64,000 nt of DNA from Thermodesulfobacteriota bacterium (GTDB taxonomy: Bacteria; Desulfobacterota_D; UBA1144; Nemesobacterales; UBA2774). The notes beneath the pieces were generated by a model, which saw only the letters and a program-made list of their open reading frames with translations, did no database searches and had not been told where the DNA came from. Every line of letters starts with the position of its first letter. Position 1 is the stretch's first letter. Of the stretch, positions 1-9,255 are shown piece after piece. The stretch lies in NCBI GenBank assembly GCA_041390285.1, contig JAWKQD010000003.1, forward strand, positions 91,019 through 155,018. Direction: 5' to 3'. The position numbers and the translations under genes are program-made.

Positions 1-1266
1 GGCCAGCACGAAAGCCTCACGCCCGGGCTTCGGCTCGCTTCTTCTCGGCTACTACGACGGCGACGGGAACCTCGTCTACCCGGCGGCGTCGGAACGGGAT
101 TCGATTCGAAGTCCTTAAAGAGCATACGAAAGGAGCTCGACGCTATTCCTCGAAAGGACTCTCCGTTCGTAAATCCGCCCACAGAGGCCGACGCCCGGGG
201 CGCTGGGTCCGCCCCGAGCTTGTCGCCGAGGTGGAATTCACCGAATGGACAGACGACAACCTCCTTCGCCACCCTTCGTTCAAGGGCCTACGCGAAGATA
301 AACCGGCAAGTGAAATAACCGCGAGCGAAGCTCCGGGGAGGAATCCATGGCAAAAGACAACGGCAATAAAAATGATCCGGCGCCTGATACTATTGCCGGC
401 GTTCACCTCACACATCCCGACAGGGTCCTCTATCCGGACCAGGGGCTCACCAAGGCCGAGCTCGCACAGTTCTATGCCGACATTGCCGGCTGGATTCTGC
501 CCCATGTCGTTAACCGCCCGCTCACCATAGTCCGCTGCCCGGGCGGGAGCCAGAGCAGTGCTTCTATCAAAAGAACGTCGGTGAAGGCCTTCCCGAGGCG
601 GTCCACGGAGTTTCCATCGAAGGCAAAGACGCCCGCAGAACCTACATCTCCATAAGTGATGTAAAGGGCCTCATATCACTCGTGCAGATTGGGGTTCTCG
701 AAATCCACCCGTGGGGCAGCCGCATCGACAAGCTCGAAAGGCCCGACCGCATGGTGTTCGACCTCGACCCGGGCGAGGGGGTCTCCTATCCCGGCGTGGT
801 GGAAGCGGCGTTTAAAATCAGGGACATCCTCGACGGTCTCGGTCTAGTGAGCTTCGTCAAAACCTCCGGAGGCAAGGGGCTCCACATCGTCGTGCCGCTC
901 GATCGCCGTTCCGGCTGGGAAGAAATGAAATCGTTCTCCAAAGCCGTCGCCGACGGGGTGGTAAAACTCGAGCCCGGAAAATATATCGCCACAGCGAGCA
1001 AGGCCAAACGGAAAGGGAAGATATTCATCGACTATCTCCGGAACAACCGTGACGCCACAACCGTCGCCGCCTATTCGACGCGCGCGCGTAAAGGCGCCCC
1101 CGTCTCCACCCCTATAACGTGGGACGAGCTCTCGCCCGACCTCACTCCGAATAAATACAACGTCGGCAATTTGCGGGCCCGTCTCTCTTCCCTAAAGGAA
1201 GATCCGTGGAAGGACTTCTTCACCACCCGCCAGTCCATAACGGCCGCAATGAAAAAGAAGGTATGA
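1..1266 (+). pseudogene. ligD: LigD-type ATP-dependent DNA ligase: C-terminal end of the ligase domain fused to the polymerase/primase domain. The 5' end lies outside the window and the frame changes about four times (probable indel errors).
   Basis: Conserved text is spread over three frames. Ligase C-terminus: GFGSLLLGYYDGDGNLVY / GGVGTGFDSKSLKSIRKELDAIPRKDSPF / WVRPELVAEVEFTEWTDDNLLRHPSFKGLREDKP. LigD polymerase domain: HLTHPDRVLYPDQGLTKAELAQFYADIAGWILPHVVNRPLTIVRCPGG and CFYQKNV...LEIHPWGSRIDKLERPDRMVFDLDPGEG...FVKTSGGKGLHIVVPL. Frame switches fall near 80, 200, 340 and 545, several inside G/C runs. Confidence 0.8.
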
Positions 1267-1324
1267 ACCCGGCCGGTAAATTCGAAAAGTCCGAACTGTA
1301 CCGGCCGGTATTTCTTAACCGTTG

Positions 1325-2371
1325 TTAAAACGCCCAGGCGTACTGCCATCCGAGCCAGAGCACCCAATCGGTCTCGAGCTGCGGCCCGTCCAGGTCCTGA
1401 TAAATCGGGAACCCGAACTCCACGGCCAGCCTCTGTCCCTTAATCAGAGTCGGGCCTTCGGGCACGTAAAAATTCATTCCGAAGAGCAGGTCGAGGCGAT
1501 TGCCGCCCTGATTATCCGTGTCTGCGGTCGGCACCATCCCGGGGTTCAGCGCGGAATCCGCCCCGTGGATATTCCCCCACGACTGCCAGTCCATTCTGGC
1601 CGACGTGCTCACCCAGTTAAACCAGTCGTAGGCCCCCCAGGCCGTCGCGTCGAACCTGTTGCCGAGCCTGTAGTCCCTGTCGTTCTCCCCGAGCCTTATC
1701 ACTCCGCTGACCTGCGCACCCCACGAAATGTCATTGTGCTGGCCGAGGTACGTAATGCCCGGAAGGAGATCGAACGTCCCCGAGCCTAGCTGCATCGGGT
1801 AGGGGAGCTGCTGGTTAGACCCCATGGGCGTATCGTCCTTCTTGTCGATCGACCCGGTCGGGAAACTCATCCCCGCATTGATGTGCATTCTCTGGTCGTA
1901 GTTGTCGAAGACCTTTATGAGCCCCGTGAACTTTATATCCCCGAAGCCCTCGGATTCCGTTTTAAAGCGGGCGCCCATCCTAGTAAGGTGGCTCATCGAT
2001 TTTTTAATGTACGGCACCATGCCCATGAGCGTGATGTAATCCGTGGGCGCGTACATTAACCCGAACATGTGCATTTGCATGTCCATCTTAAGCGGCGTAA
2101 CCATGTAGTCTTCGAGCACCTGCTGGTTACTGAGGTTGTTCGTCCCGTTTCTCATGCCCTGCATGTCCATGTACATGTACCTGTACGAAAGCATGAACTC
2201 TCCCGCGTTGTGTGTGTGGTCGCCCATCACCCCTATCGGCGCATGTCCGTCCGGCCTTGCGCCGCTCCACTTCTGGCCATATGCATCGACGGAAAACACC
2301 GCCAGCATAAGAAGCGACAGTACCGCGTATTTAAAAGACATAATCCTGTTATCGTGACAATTCTTTTGCAT
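1325..2371 (-). CDS. Outer-membrane beta-barrel protein with a His/Met-rich N-terminus (the 'transporter' / MetA-pathway-like OMP class); function unknown, possibly metal-related
   Basis: Intact 348-aa ORF with GGGAGG upstream of the ATG. Signal peptide ...MSFKYAVLSLLMLAVFSVDAYG. Mature N-terminus HAPIGVMGDHTHNAGEFMLSYRYMYMDMQGM, plus MDMQMHMFGLMY. Alternating strand-like pattern and a terminal aromatic ...WQYAWAF typical of OM barrels. Confidence 0.6.
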   Translation of the reverse strand: MQKNCHDNRIMSFKYAVLSLLMLAVFSVDAYGQKWSGARPDGHAPIGVMGDHTHNAGEFMLSYRYMYMDMQGMRNGTNNLSNQQVLEDYMVTPLKMDMQMHMFGLMYAPTDYITLMGMVPYIKKSMSHLTRMGARFKTESEGFGDIKFTGLIKVFDNYDQRMHINAGMSFPTGSIDKKDDTPMGSNQQLPYPMQLGSGTFDLLPGITYLGQHNDISWGAQVSGVIRLGENDRDYRLGNRFDATAWGAYDWFNWVSTSARMDWQSWGNIHGADSALNPGMVPTADTDNQGGNRLDLLFGMNFYVPEGPTLIKGQRLAVEFGFPIYQDLDGPQLETDWVLWLGWQYAWAF

Positions 2372-2518
2372 CTTTATATAGACCTCCCGTAATTGAATCC
2401 TTGTATAGTCCGCACAGTCCGGCCGATCGTCGTCTTGACGGAAGCGTCCCTGCGAGCACGTGGACGTGCCTCCGCACTACCCGGCTGACGAAGCCGGACC
2501 GGCTGTGCTTACGTGTCG

Positions 2519-2542
2519 GGAAAAGAGTTTTCACTCTTTTCC
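2519..2542 (-). other. Perfect 10-bp stem hairpin with a GAAA tetraloop (minus-strand sense), lying between the 2586..2969 ORF and the OMP gene
   Basis: On the plus strand, ggaaaagagt-tttc-actcttttcc. The arms are exact reverse complements. No U-tract follows on either strand, so it is not a canonical intrinsic terminator. Confidence 0.4.
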
Positions 2543-2585
2543 GCTTAAGAAAGGTTTCCGCCATTCTCACGAACTGGCGGCGCGA

Positions 2586-2969
2586 TTAAATTACTGGAGG
2601 GGAACGTGTGGGGAGACTTGCGTAAAATTCTTCAGATTGATGAAACTCGGTTTCTGCCGTCCTGTAAACAGTAAAATGCTCTGTTAAGATGAGATAGGTT
2701 GAAACCGGAATAAATACATTCGTTCTCTGGCTGCAGCAGCTCAGGCAGAAACAGTGCTTCTCGGCGCCATCTTTGTCGTTGTTTCCGGTAATAAACCGGG
2801 CGATGGCGGATAAACGGCCCTGGCCCTGGTGCGAGGGACAGTCCATAACCGAATAGGAAAGTGACTCCGCCCGTGGCGGCGCATACTTCTGCGAAGTGTA
2901 AAGCGCCAGGTTTAACGACAGGGCGAGGAATAGTAGAGAGCATGCTATGAAATGGGCTTTCCTTCGCAT
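2586..2969 (-). CDS. Hypothetical membrane-anchored or secreted Cys/His-rich protein
   Basis: 127-aa ORF with an N-terminal hydrophobic segment AHFIACSLLFLALSLNLALY. Cys/His clusters DCPSHQGQG and HCFCLSCCSQ. Same strand as, and directly upstream of, the His/Met-rich OMP. No family recognised. Confidence 0.35.
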   Translation of the reverse strand: MRRKAHFIACSLLFLALSLNLALYTSQKYAPPRAESLSYSVMDCPSHQGQGRLSAIARFITGNNDKDGAEKHCFCLSCCSQRTNVFIPVSTYLILTEHFTVYRTAETEFHQSEEFYASLPTRSPPVI

Positions 2970-3219
2970 AGCAGCATATTAATCTAGTTTTCAAGCCGTC
3001 ATTGTCAAGTCCGGCCTTCCCGAAGCAGCCGGTAAAAGTCGATAGCGCATGCAACCGCAACGATTTATTTTCAATCCCGGATTGTTAATTGGATATGTAC
3101 GATCGAAGTCGGAATCCGCGGCATTTAACTGCTATACTCGTTGGATGCCGACTCTATGATGAAAGGCGTCCCGGCTCTCCGGATATACGGAAGCCGGGAC
3201 TTAAGAAGCACTTCGATTA

Positions 3220-3594
3220 TTACCACAAACCCTGTATGGCAACTCCATTGTGCGCGGTGACTACCTTGCACTTGCCGCCCCACTCGACGAACGCTCCTAT
3301 GTCGTTCCACTCCACTGGAGCTCTCTTCCAGTGATCGTCGAGGCCCGCCTGATTCTCGTAAAGCTCGTCGAGGACGAACATCGTATTGCCCGTCGGCTTT
3401 GATGTCGGGTCGAACGGGTTCTCGAGCTCCGGTCCTTTTATAATGTTATAGCGCAGCATCGCCAGCTCGCCCGTCTTGTGATGTGTTTCCTCTATCCATT
3501 TCGCGTGACTCGCGAATATCCTCTCTCCCTCTGCAACGAGCTCCGGCGGGCAAATGAACACTATAGTGATTTGTACTTTGCCTATTGTAGACAT
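3220..3594 (-). CDS. Hypothetical protein (124 aa)
   Basis: Intact ORF with AAAGGAGG 7 nt upstream of the ATG. Last gene of a same-strand run PPK2 > 3746..4186 > 3220..3594. No motif I can name. Confidence 0.55.
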   Translation of the reverse strand: MSTIGKVQITIVFICPPELVAEGERIFASHAKWIEETHHKTGELAMLRYNIIKGPELENPFDPTSKPTGNTMFVLDELYENQAGLDDHWKRAPVEWNDIGAFVEWGGKCKVVTAHNGVAIQGLW

Positions 3595-3745
3595 ACAAAC
3601 ACCTCCTTTGTGGGATTATTTACATAATAGCCTGTGTGTGGCGGGAAATGTAATCCGGCTCCCGTACCGGCACATTTGTATATACATTACTCTGTGAGAC
3701 GTTTTGTCAAGCCGGCGGCCGGCAGATATGCCGAATGATAAACCC

Positions 3746-4186
3746 TCAGAGCGTCGTGTGGTGTTCTTTCCAATGCTCCTTGGGCGAGCCGATATCCTTT
3801 AGCTTGTCTTGCAAGTCCTGAAATGCTTCTATCTGCGCTTCGCCTATCGGCGCGTCGAATTGCTCGTTGTGAAGAATTCTTACACTGATCACATAATTGT
3901 TTCTGTTCGTTCTCAGATCGCCCGGAAGGAAAAAGACAACGTTATAATGCCTTCTGATGTCGAACCGCACGCCTTTCGGAGGCTCCGAAGTAAGCCATTT
4001 CGCCAGCCTGTTCAGGCAATCGAAGGTAGCCGATTTTGCCGATTCGTCCTCCGGAGGATGCCCCTCCGCCTCGGTCCCCACGAGTGCTATGGTCATCCCA
4101 ACCCTTACCAGCCCCTCTTCTCCGACTGGCATATCAATGGGCAAAGTTGTCCAGAAGATCTTGTGCTCCTCGACTATCGTTCTCAT
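3746..4186 (-). CDS. Hypothetical protein (146 aa)
   Basis: Intact ORF directly downstream of, and slightly overlapping, the PPK2 reading frame on the same strand. No recognisable family. Confidence 0.5.
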   Translation of the reverse strand: MRTIVEEHKIFWTTLPIDMPVGEEGLVRVGMTIALVGTEAEGHPPEDESAKSATFDCLNRLAKWLTSEPPKGVRFDIRRHYNVVFFLPGDLRTNRNNYVISVRILHNEQFDAPIGEAQIEAFQDLQDKLKDIGSPKEHWKEHHTTL

Positions 4187-5242
4187 TTCCTGCCTTTCCC
4201 GTCCCCGGACACACCCTTTTCCCCGGCATTGTCGGACATCGTTCGCCTCTCTTTATCAGGTTTTGTTCTTCGACTTCTTCCGTTTTCTTTTTTTCTGTTA
4301 AAAGCGTTTTTCTGGCCTCTTCCAGCTCTTCCAGTTTTTGCTTGCCCACTATCGGATAATGGAGATCCAAAGAATCCAGCGCGTCTATGATCGCCGCCGC
4401 TACCACCAGACGCGTAAACCATTTATTGTCCGCCGGCACGACATACCAGGGGGCCTCTTTCGTCGCCGTGTTTCGTATCATGTCCTCATATGCTTTCATA
4501 TAATCGTCCCAGTACGCGCGCTCCTTTTATATCGCTTGCGGAAAACTTCCAGTTCTTTTCGGGATTTTCTATGCGCTCGATGAAACGCCTCTCCTGCTCT
4601 TCTTTCGACACGTGCAGGAAGAACTTTCTCACGACGATTCCGTTCCGCGTCAGATAGCTCTCGAAGTTGCGTATGTCTTCAAAAGCGCTCTTTCCAGATG
4701 TTTTTTGTGATGAGCTTTTGTGGGAGCTTTTGCTTTGCCAAAAATTCCTGATGCACACGCACAACCAGCGTCTCCTCGTAATACGAACGGTTGAAAATGC
4801 CCATGTTGCCGCGGTTCGGCAGAGCTCTCATCGAGCGCCAGAGATAATCGTGGTCGAGCTCTTCCTCGGACGGTGCCTTAAAGGAATGCACCTGACAACC
4901 CTGCGGGTTCACGCCTGACATTATGTGCTTTATCGTGCTGTCCTTTCCGGCAGCGTCCATTGCCTGGAGCACGATAAGCACCGACCAGCGGTCCTGTGCG
5001 TAGAGCATTTCCTGGAGCTCGGCGAGGAGCTGTACCCCCATAGCAAGCACCTCTTTCGCGCGTGGCTTGTCCTCCGACTGCAGATGCAGCGTATCGCCAG
5101 GGTCTATGTCCTTGAGCCTGAAGCTCTTGCCCTTCGTAATACGAAACGGCTCCGAGAACGGCCGGGCCCTTTTAATGAGGTGCTTGATTTTAATTTCGCC
5201 GCTGCTCTTGGATAATAAGACCATGCGAGTCCTCGCTTGCAC
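4134..5242 (-). pseudogene. ppk2: Polyphosphate kinase 2 (PPK2) family protein, split over three frames (two apparent frameshifts)
   Basis: Fragment 4679..5242 carries LIVLQAMDAAGKDSTIKHIMSGVNPQG (PPK2 P-loop-like motif) and DYLWRSMRALPNRGNMGIFNRSYYEE. Fragment 4486..4764 carries VRKFFLHVSKEEQERRFIERIENPEKNWKFSASD. Fragment 4134..4499 carries APWYVVPADNKWFTRLVVAAAI. The 3' limit is uncertain. Confidence 0.8.
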
Positions 5243-5440
5243 TTACATATTGACCCTCCGCCTTCATTCATACCCGCGTCGTGAAGGCCGGTCCTCTGAT
5301 ATTCTAAAACAGTTGGAAATTAAAGGAAAGTTCTTTTAAGGGGTCGGGAGCAGGATGCTACGGTTTCGGCCGGACTGGAGGTCGAAGGCGAAATGCATGG
5401 ACAGGTTTGGACTCGCCGGGCCGCGAGATAAACCTGTTCG

Positions 5441-5735
5441 CTAAAACTTCGTTTTAAAATAGAGGAACGGCGGAAATACGATGCTTACTGTCTTCTTGTC
5501 CGCGGTGGATATAACGAGCGGGAAGTCTTCGACATTCAATGAGTCTGATTCATATGTCTGGTCGTTCACCCCGGCCGCGAGCCCACTCCTGGTCAATAAA
5601 GAAATATCGTCGGGTTCTTCGCTTTTTGTGATAACATCCCCGACCGCTGTTTCGTATCGGCCTTGCCAGCAGCATGGCATCCTGCGCTTCATTGCTCTGG
5701 GCAAAGGTTAGGGACGTGGCTGCAAACATTATCAA
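5441..5735 (-). CDS. Small hypothetical secreted protein; the signal peptide and mature part are in different frames (one apparent frameshift)
   Basis: ORF 5550..5735 starts with the signal-like MIMFAATSLTFAQSNEA. ORF 5441..5704 continues in another frame and ends ...PPFLYFKTKF. Confidence 0.25.
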
Positions 5736-5839
5736 TATAGATGTAATTAGTGTCTTCTTACCTTCATCACCTAATGATTAGACACACGAACCGCCCTTTT
5801 GGATGCATGTATTTGTGTTAAACGTTCAATTAATAAAAG

Positions 5840-6133
5840 TCAGGAATTAATGGTAGTTGCGGGCTTTAAGAAGTGATCAACATAACGCCTGGAGACGGGA
5901 AAGCATCGACTATTGCAGGACGAGGTCGAGAGGAGAGAGCCCTCAAATTGCTGTTTATCTATACAAGCTATGAGCGATTCCAGCCGGACAGTGAATTGTA
6001 TTGACATAAGGGTCCTTTTTTGAGATAGTGGAACTGGAAGAAGTTCGTTCATAAATGAAATATTTTGTGTTTGTAATAACCGTTTAGCGGCTTTTGCAAT
6101 ATGTTGCGTGGCTGGTTCGGACCGAACAATCAT
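5840..6133 (-). CDS. Hypothetical protein; possibly a truncated LysR-type HTH fragment
   Basis: 97-aa ORF divergent from the DUF3303 gene. The segment AAKRLLQTQNISFMNELLPVPLSQKR...FTVRLESL loosely resembles a LysR N-terminal HTH, but the protein is far too short. Weak call. Confidence 0.2.
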   Translation of the reverse strand: MIVRSEPATQHIAKAAKRLLQTQNISFMNELLPVPLSQKRTLMSIQFTVRLESLIACIDKQQFEGSLLSTSSCNSRCFPVSRRYVDHFLKPATTINS

Positions 6134-6159
6134 CGTTTCGTTATAGAGGGGAATACCGA

Positions 6160-6481
6160 TGAAGTATATGATCAGCTGGTTCGAACGTCCTCAAGGTTCG
6201 CCTGCGGAGTACGAAAATGCCCAGAAGCGGATACTCGAGGTGTTCGGTCAATGGAAAGCTCCCGACAATTTCAAGATAGAATTGTTCGTAGTGCGGGTCG
6301 GCGAATGGGTGGGCATGTGTTGGTAGACTGCGATGATCCCCTGGCCATTCATAAGTTTTGTTCGACCTGGCCCGCTTTCGAATTCCAGGCAAGGCCAGTG
6401 GTTCCTGTTGAAGACGCCGTCCGCGTCGAGCTCGAGGCCATGGCCTGGCGGGACGGACTTGGCCGGAAGAAAGGCAAGTGA
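6160..6481 (+). CDS. DUF3303 family protein with one apparent frameshift near 6310
   Basis: MKYMISWFERPQGSPAEYENAQKRILEVFGQWKAPDNFKIELFVVRVGEW is in one frame. It continues as GGHVLVDCDDPLAIHKFCSTWPAFEFQARPVVPVEDA in the frame of ORF 6101..6481. This matches the DUF3303 pattern (CDD...W..FE..PVVP). Confidence 0.6.
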
Positions 6482-6804
6482 AAGCGGCTGTTGGATCTGG
6501 CTTCCCGGCCAGACCGCGGGCTAATCCCTGGCCGTCCCTGAGACAAAGCCTGAATATGGGCATAACGTGTCGGAAGAAGGGCGGTCTATCAAAGCCGCCC
6601 TCGGCCTCGAAGGGGTTCCAAACAGATTTTACAGCCGATAAATGACAATCACTGAAACTACAAGATTCCTATCCGAGGAACCTTATTACGGATTAACGCC
6701 CGGGCAGTAATCTATGGATCGTCCTTTAAGTCGAACGCTTTCATGTAAGTGTGGCGTTCGCCCTTTTTATGTCCTCTAAAGTGGCTGCCGACCAGTAGGC
6801 GGTA

Positions 6805-7266
6805 TCACATGTCATCGTGTTGCACTCGCCTCCGAAAGTAACGAATGCCTCTTTTGCGCTCTATGTCGCATGTGCAAATCGCTTTAAGGGGATTCGCCGG
6901 ATCGATAATACATGGTTTATCCAAACAAAACGTCCACGGTTTTCCCGCGGGGCACAACAGCCCAGGCTTAACGGGCGTCTGGTTAAAAGAATAATTTGAA
7001 ACTGCCTTCGTCACTCCGTTTGAATCCGTCACGGGGGTACGCGTTTGGCATTCGGACATCCCGAAGTTCTTGCCCTCATTTACATTACATGAGCATATCG
7101 CTTTTGTGTCCGGATTGCTTGGATCGGGAATGCAAGGCGCCGACGTGCACAGCACATACTTGTTCTCACATATCACTCCCGTGTTGTTGTTATCCGTCTC
7201 CGCAAGCGCTATGTCGGAGAAAGCGATTGCCGTTATCACTATGGCAAGTAATAGAAGTATTCTCAT
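6805..7266 (-). CDS. Secreted Cys-rich protein with an internal duplication; function unknown
   Basis: Signal peptide MRILLLLAIVITAIAFSDIALA. Two related modules: VLCTSAPCIPDPSNPDTKAICSCNV and TFCLDKPCIIDPANPLKAICTCDI. The C-terminus (KRGIRYFRRRVQHDDM) looks out of frame. An alternative frame reads ...FVTFGGECNTMTCDTAYW... and would end near 6741. Confidence 0.55.
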   Translation of the reverse strand: MRILLLLAIVITAIAFSDIALAETDNNNTGVICENKYVLCTSAPCIPDPSNPDTKAICSCNVNEGKNFGMSECQTRTPVTDSNGVTKAVSNYSFNQTPVKPGLLCPAGKPWTFCLDKPCIIDPANPLKAICTCDIERKRGIRYFRRRVQHDDM

Positions 7267-7325
7267 ATTATCCTCCCGGGGCGGTTGAGATAAATACCCC
7301 TATCCGGTTATTTACACGCACTACT

Positions 7326-8718
7326 TTACAGACTATCCCTTATAATGCGTCCAATGTCGTGGGCAAGGTTGGCGACCGAAAAAGCATAAGGTCCTTCACT
7401 CGGCGACTGCGTATTTACAAACACGATAACCGTAACCCCGTCGTCGAGATATCTGACTATCTGGGAATGAAATCCTGCAACTCCGCCGTCTTTCTGTACA
7501 ACCTTTGACACTTCCCCTGCCGGCTCCGAATTTGCCGGGGGCGAAGTATCGCCTCCATTGTCAGGATCCACGGCGGGGCAGGTCTCTTCATCCAGCGAGG
7601 AGCACACTACCCATCCGAGGCCGAATATTATGTACGACCCGTTTTTAAGCTGCGCGTTCGTCCACATTTGATCGTACGACTCTTTATCGAGCAGCATCGG
7701 GCTCAGGCTATGGAGGGCTTTTTCATACTTTACCATGTCGATCTGGGTGGTCGTCAGATAACCGGCGCTGAAGGACGTGAAAGGCGCGGTCAGATTTTCC
7801 GTGGGTATCTCCACGCACTTGGTTGGGACTATCGGCTCCGCCCCGCAGCCCTCGGGCGCGTCGTCAAACGAAATACAATCGAAAGACTCCGACACGGGTT
7901 CCTCGCCCTCTTCCACGTGACGGTAAGCCAGCGCGGAGTTAGGCGTGTCTGTAAGCGGCAGCGTGCTTGGCGCAGTACGTAACATGCCAAGCGGCTCCAG
8001 AACATTATTATAAAGGTAAGTCTCAAACGGGAGCCCGGATATCGATTCCACGATCAGTCCGGCAAGGACAAAATTCATGTTGATGTATAGATATTCGGTC
8101 CCCGGCTCGAACAGAAGCGGCGTTATTTGTTCGGCGGCCACAAGGTTATCAATATACGGGACCTGTCCCGGAGGGGCCACGCACGCAATGCCTTCCCCGC
8201 AGTTGAATTCTGAATTCAGAGGATGGCTCTGAGACAACGGCGCACAGGTTTCGCCTTGCTTCGGGCCCGAATTACAAACCATATTCTGGGGTATGCCGCT
8301 GCTCATGGAAAGCAGTTGTCTGATAGTCACCGCTTTCCATTCGTCGCTGGTCAGGTCGGGGAGGTAAAGGCCTATAGGATCGTCGAGCGAAGCGAATCCT
8401 TGTTCTATAAGCTGCATCAGCGCAATAGTAGTGAAGGTTTTTGTAACAGAGCCGATCGGGAATGATGTCTCGTTTGTAACCCCTATCCCCTGGGATATAT
8501 CCGCGTGGCCGAATCCTTCCTGATAGATAGGCTTTCCGTTTTTCGTAACCGTGACCGCAACCCCGGTCAACTGTTTTTGCAGCATTGCGCACTTTATCAA
8601 ATCGTCGAGCGAAGCCTTGGTCTCTTCCGAAAGCGTCCCCGCCCCCTCCACTGTCACATCCGGATATCCCCAGCAATGAGCCCACTACCACCAATACGGC
8701 AAACAGTATGTTTTTCAT
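7326..8718 (-). CDS. Serine hydrolase of the beta-lactamase/transpeptidase fold (class C-like), a probable lipoprotein; one apparent frameshift near 8650
   Basis: SxxK motif in FPIGSVTKTFTTIALMQLIEQG. The N-terminal lipoprotein signal MKNILFAVLVVVGSLLGISGC is in the adjacent frame (ORF 8272..8730) and joins the main 443-aa ORF 7326..8657. Confidence 0.8.
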
Positions 8719-9255
8719 ATCCCCCTCCAATAGCTTGATTTAGTCCTTGCTGCCGTCAAACACCTCATTCAACATTGATGACTTAAACATAATCCGATTT
8801 TGCGTCATTTATTAAACAGCACAAACACACTGTACACCTGGTTTTGCCTCACAATGTCTGCAGTTCTGCCGCCAATGTAATTCTTCGAATACTAAACGTT
8901 CATAGATTGTCTATATTGAAAAACTGTTCCCCCTGTCAGCATACAATGCGGTCACACAAGCCTGCAAGCAAAATAACCATAAACCATACTTGCAGGTGCA
9001 AGAAACAGGCCGCCGCGTCAATAGCCGGCTATAGTCGGCAGATTAAACCTTATCACCTTGAATATGCTGGATAATTTGCAATCCTGAGAACTAGTTGAAC
9101 CAATTTTTAGCGGGATCAATATCCCTGACGCCCGATTTTTAATCATCGCATGCACAATACAAAGGCACACTAATATGGATATCTTAAGGCAGGTATGTAT
9201 ATGCAGCAGAGTCAAAAATCGGATGCGGGCGGGCGATAGTGGATAAGGCCCCATA

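Noticed and set aside
231-655. Reading the LigD ligase and polymerase parts as two separate intact genes (ATG at 347 starting a stand-alone polymerase-domain protein).
   Set aside because: The ligase-frame ORF would overlap the polymerase ORF by about 180 nt with a nonsense-looking tail. The polymerase part is itself frame-broken again near 545. A fused LigD with indels is more parsimonious.
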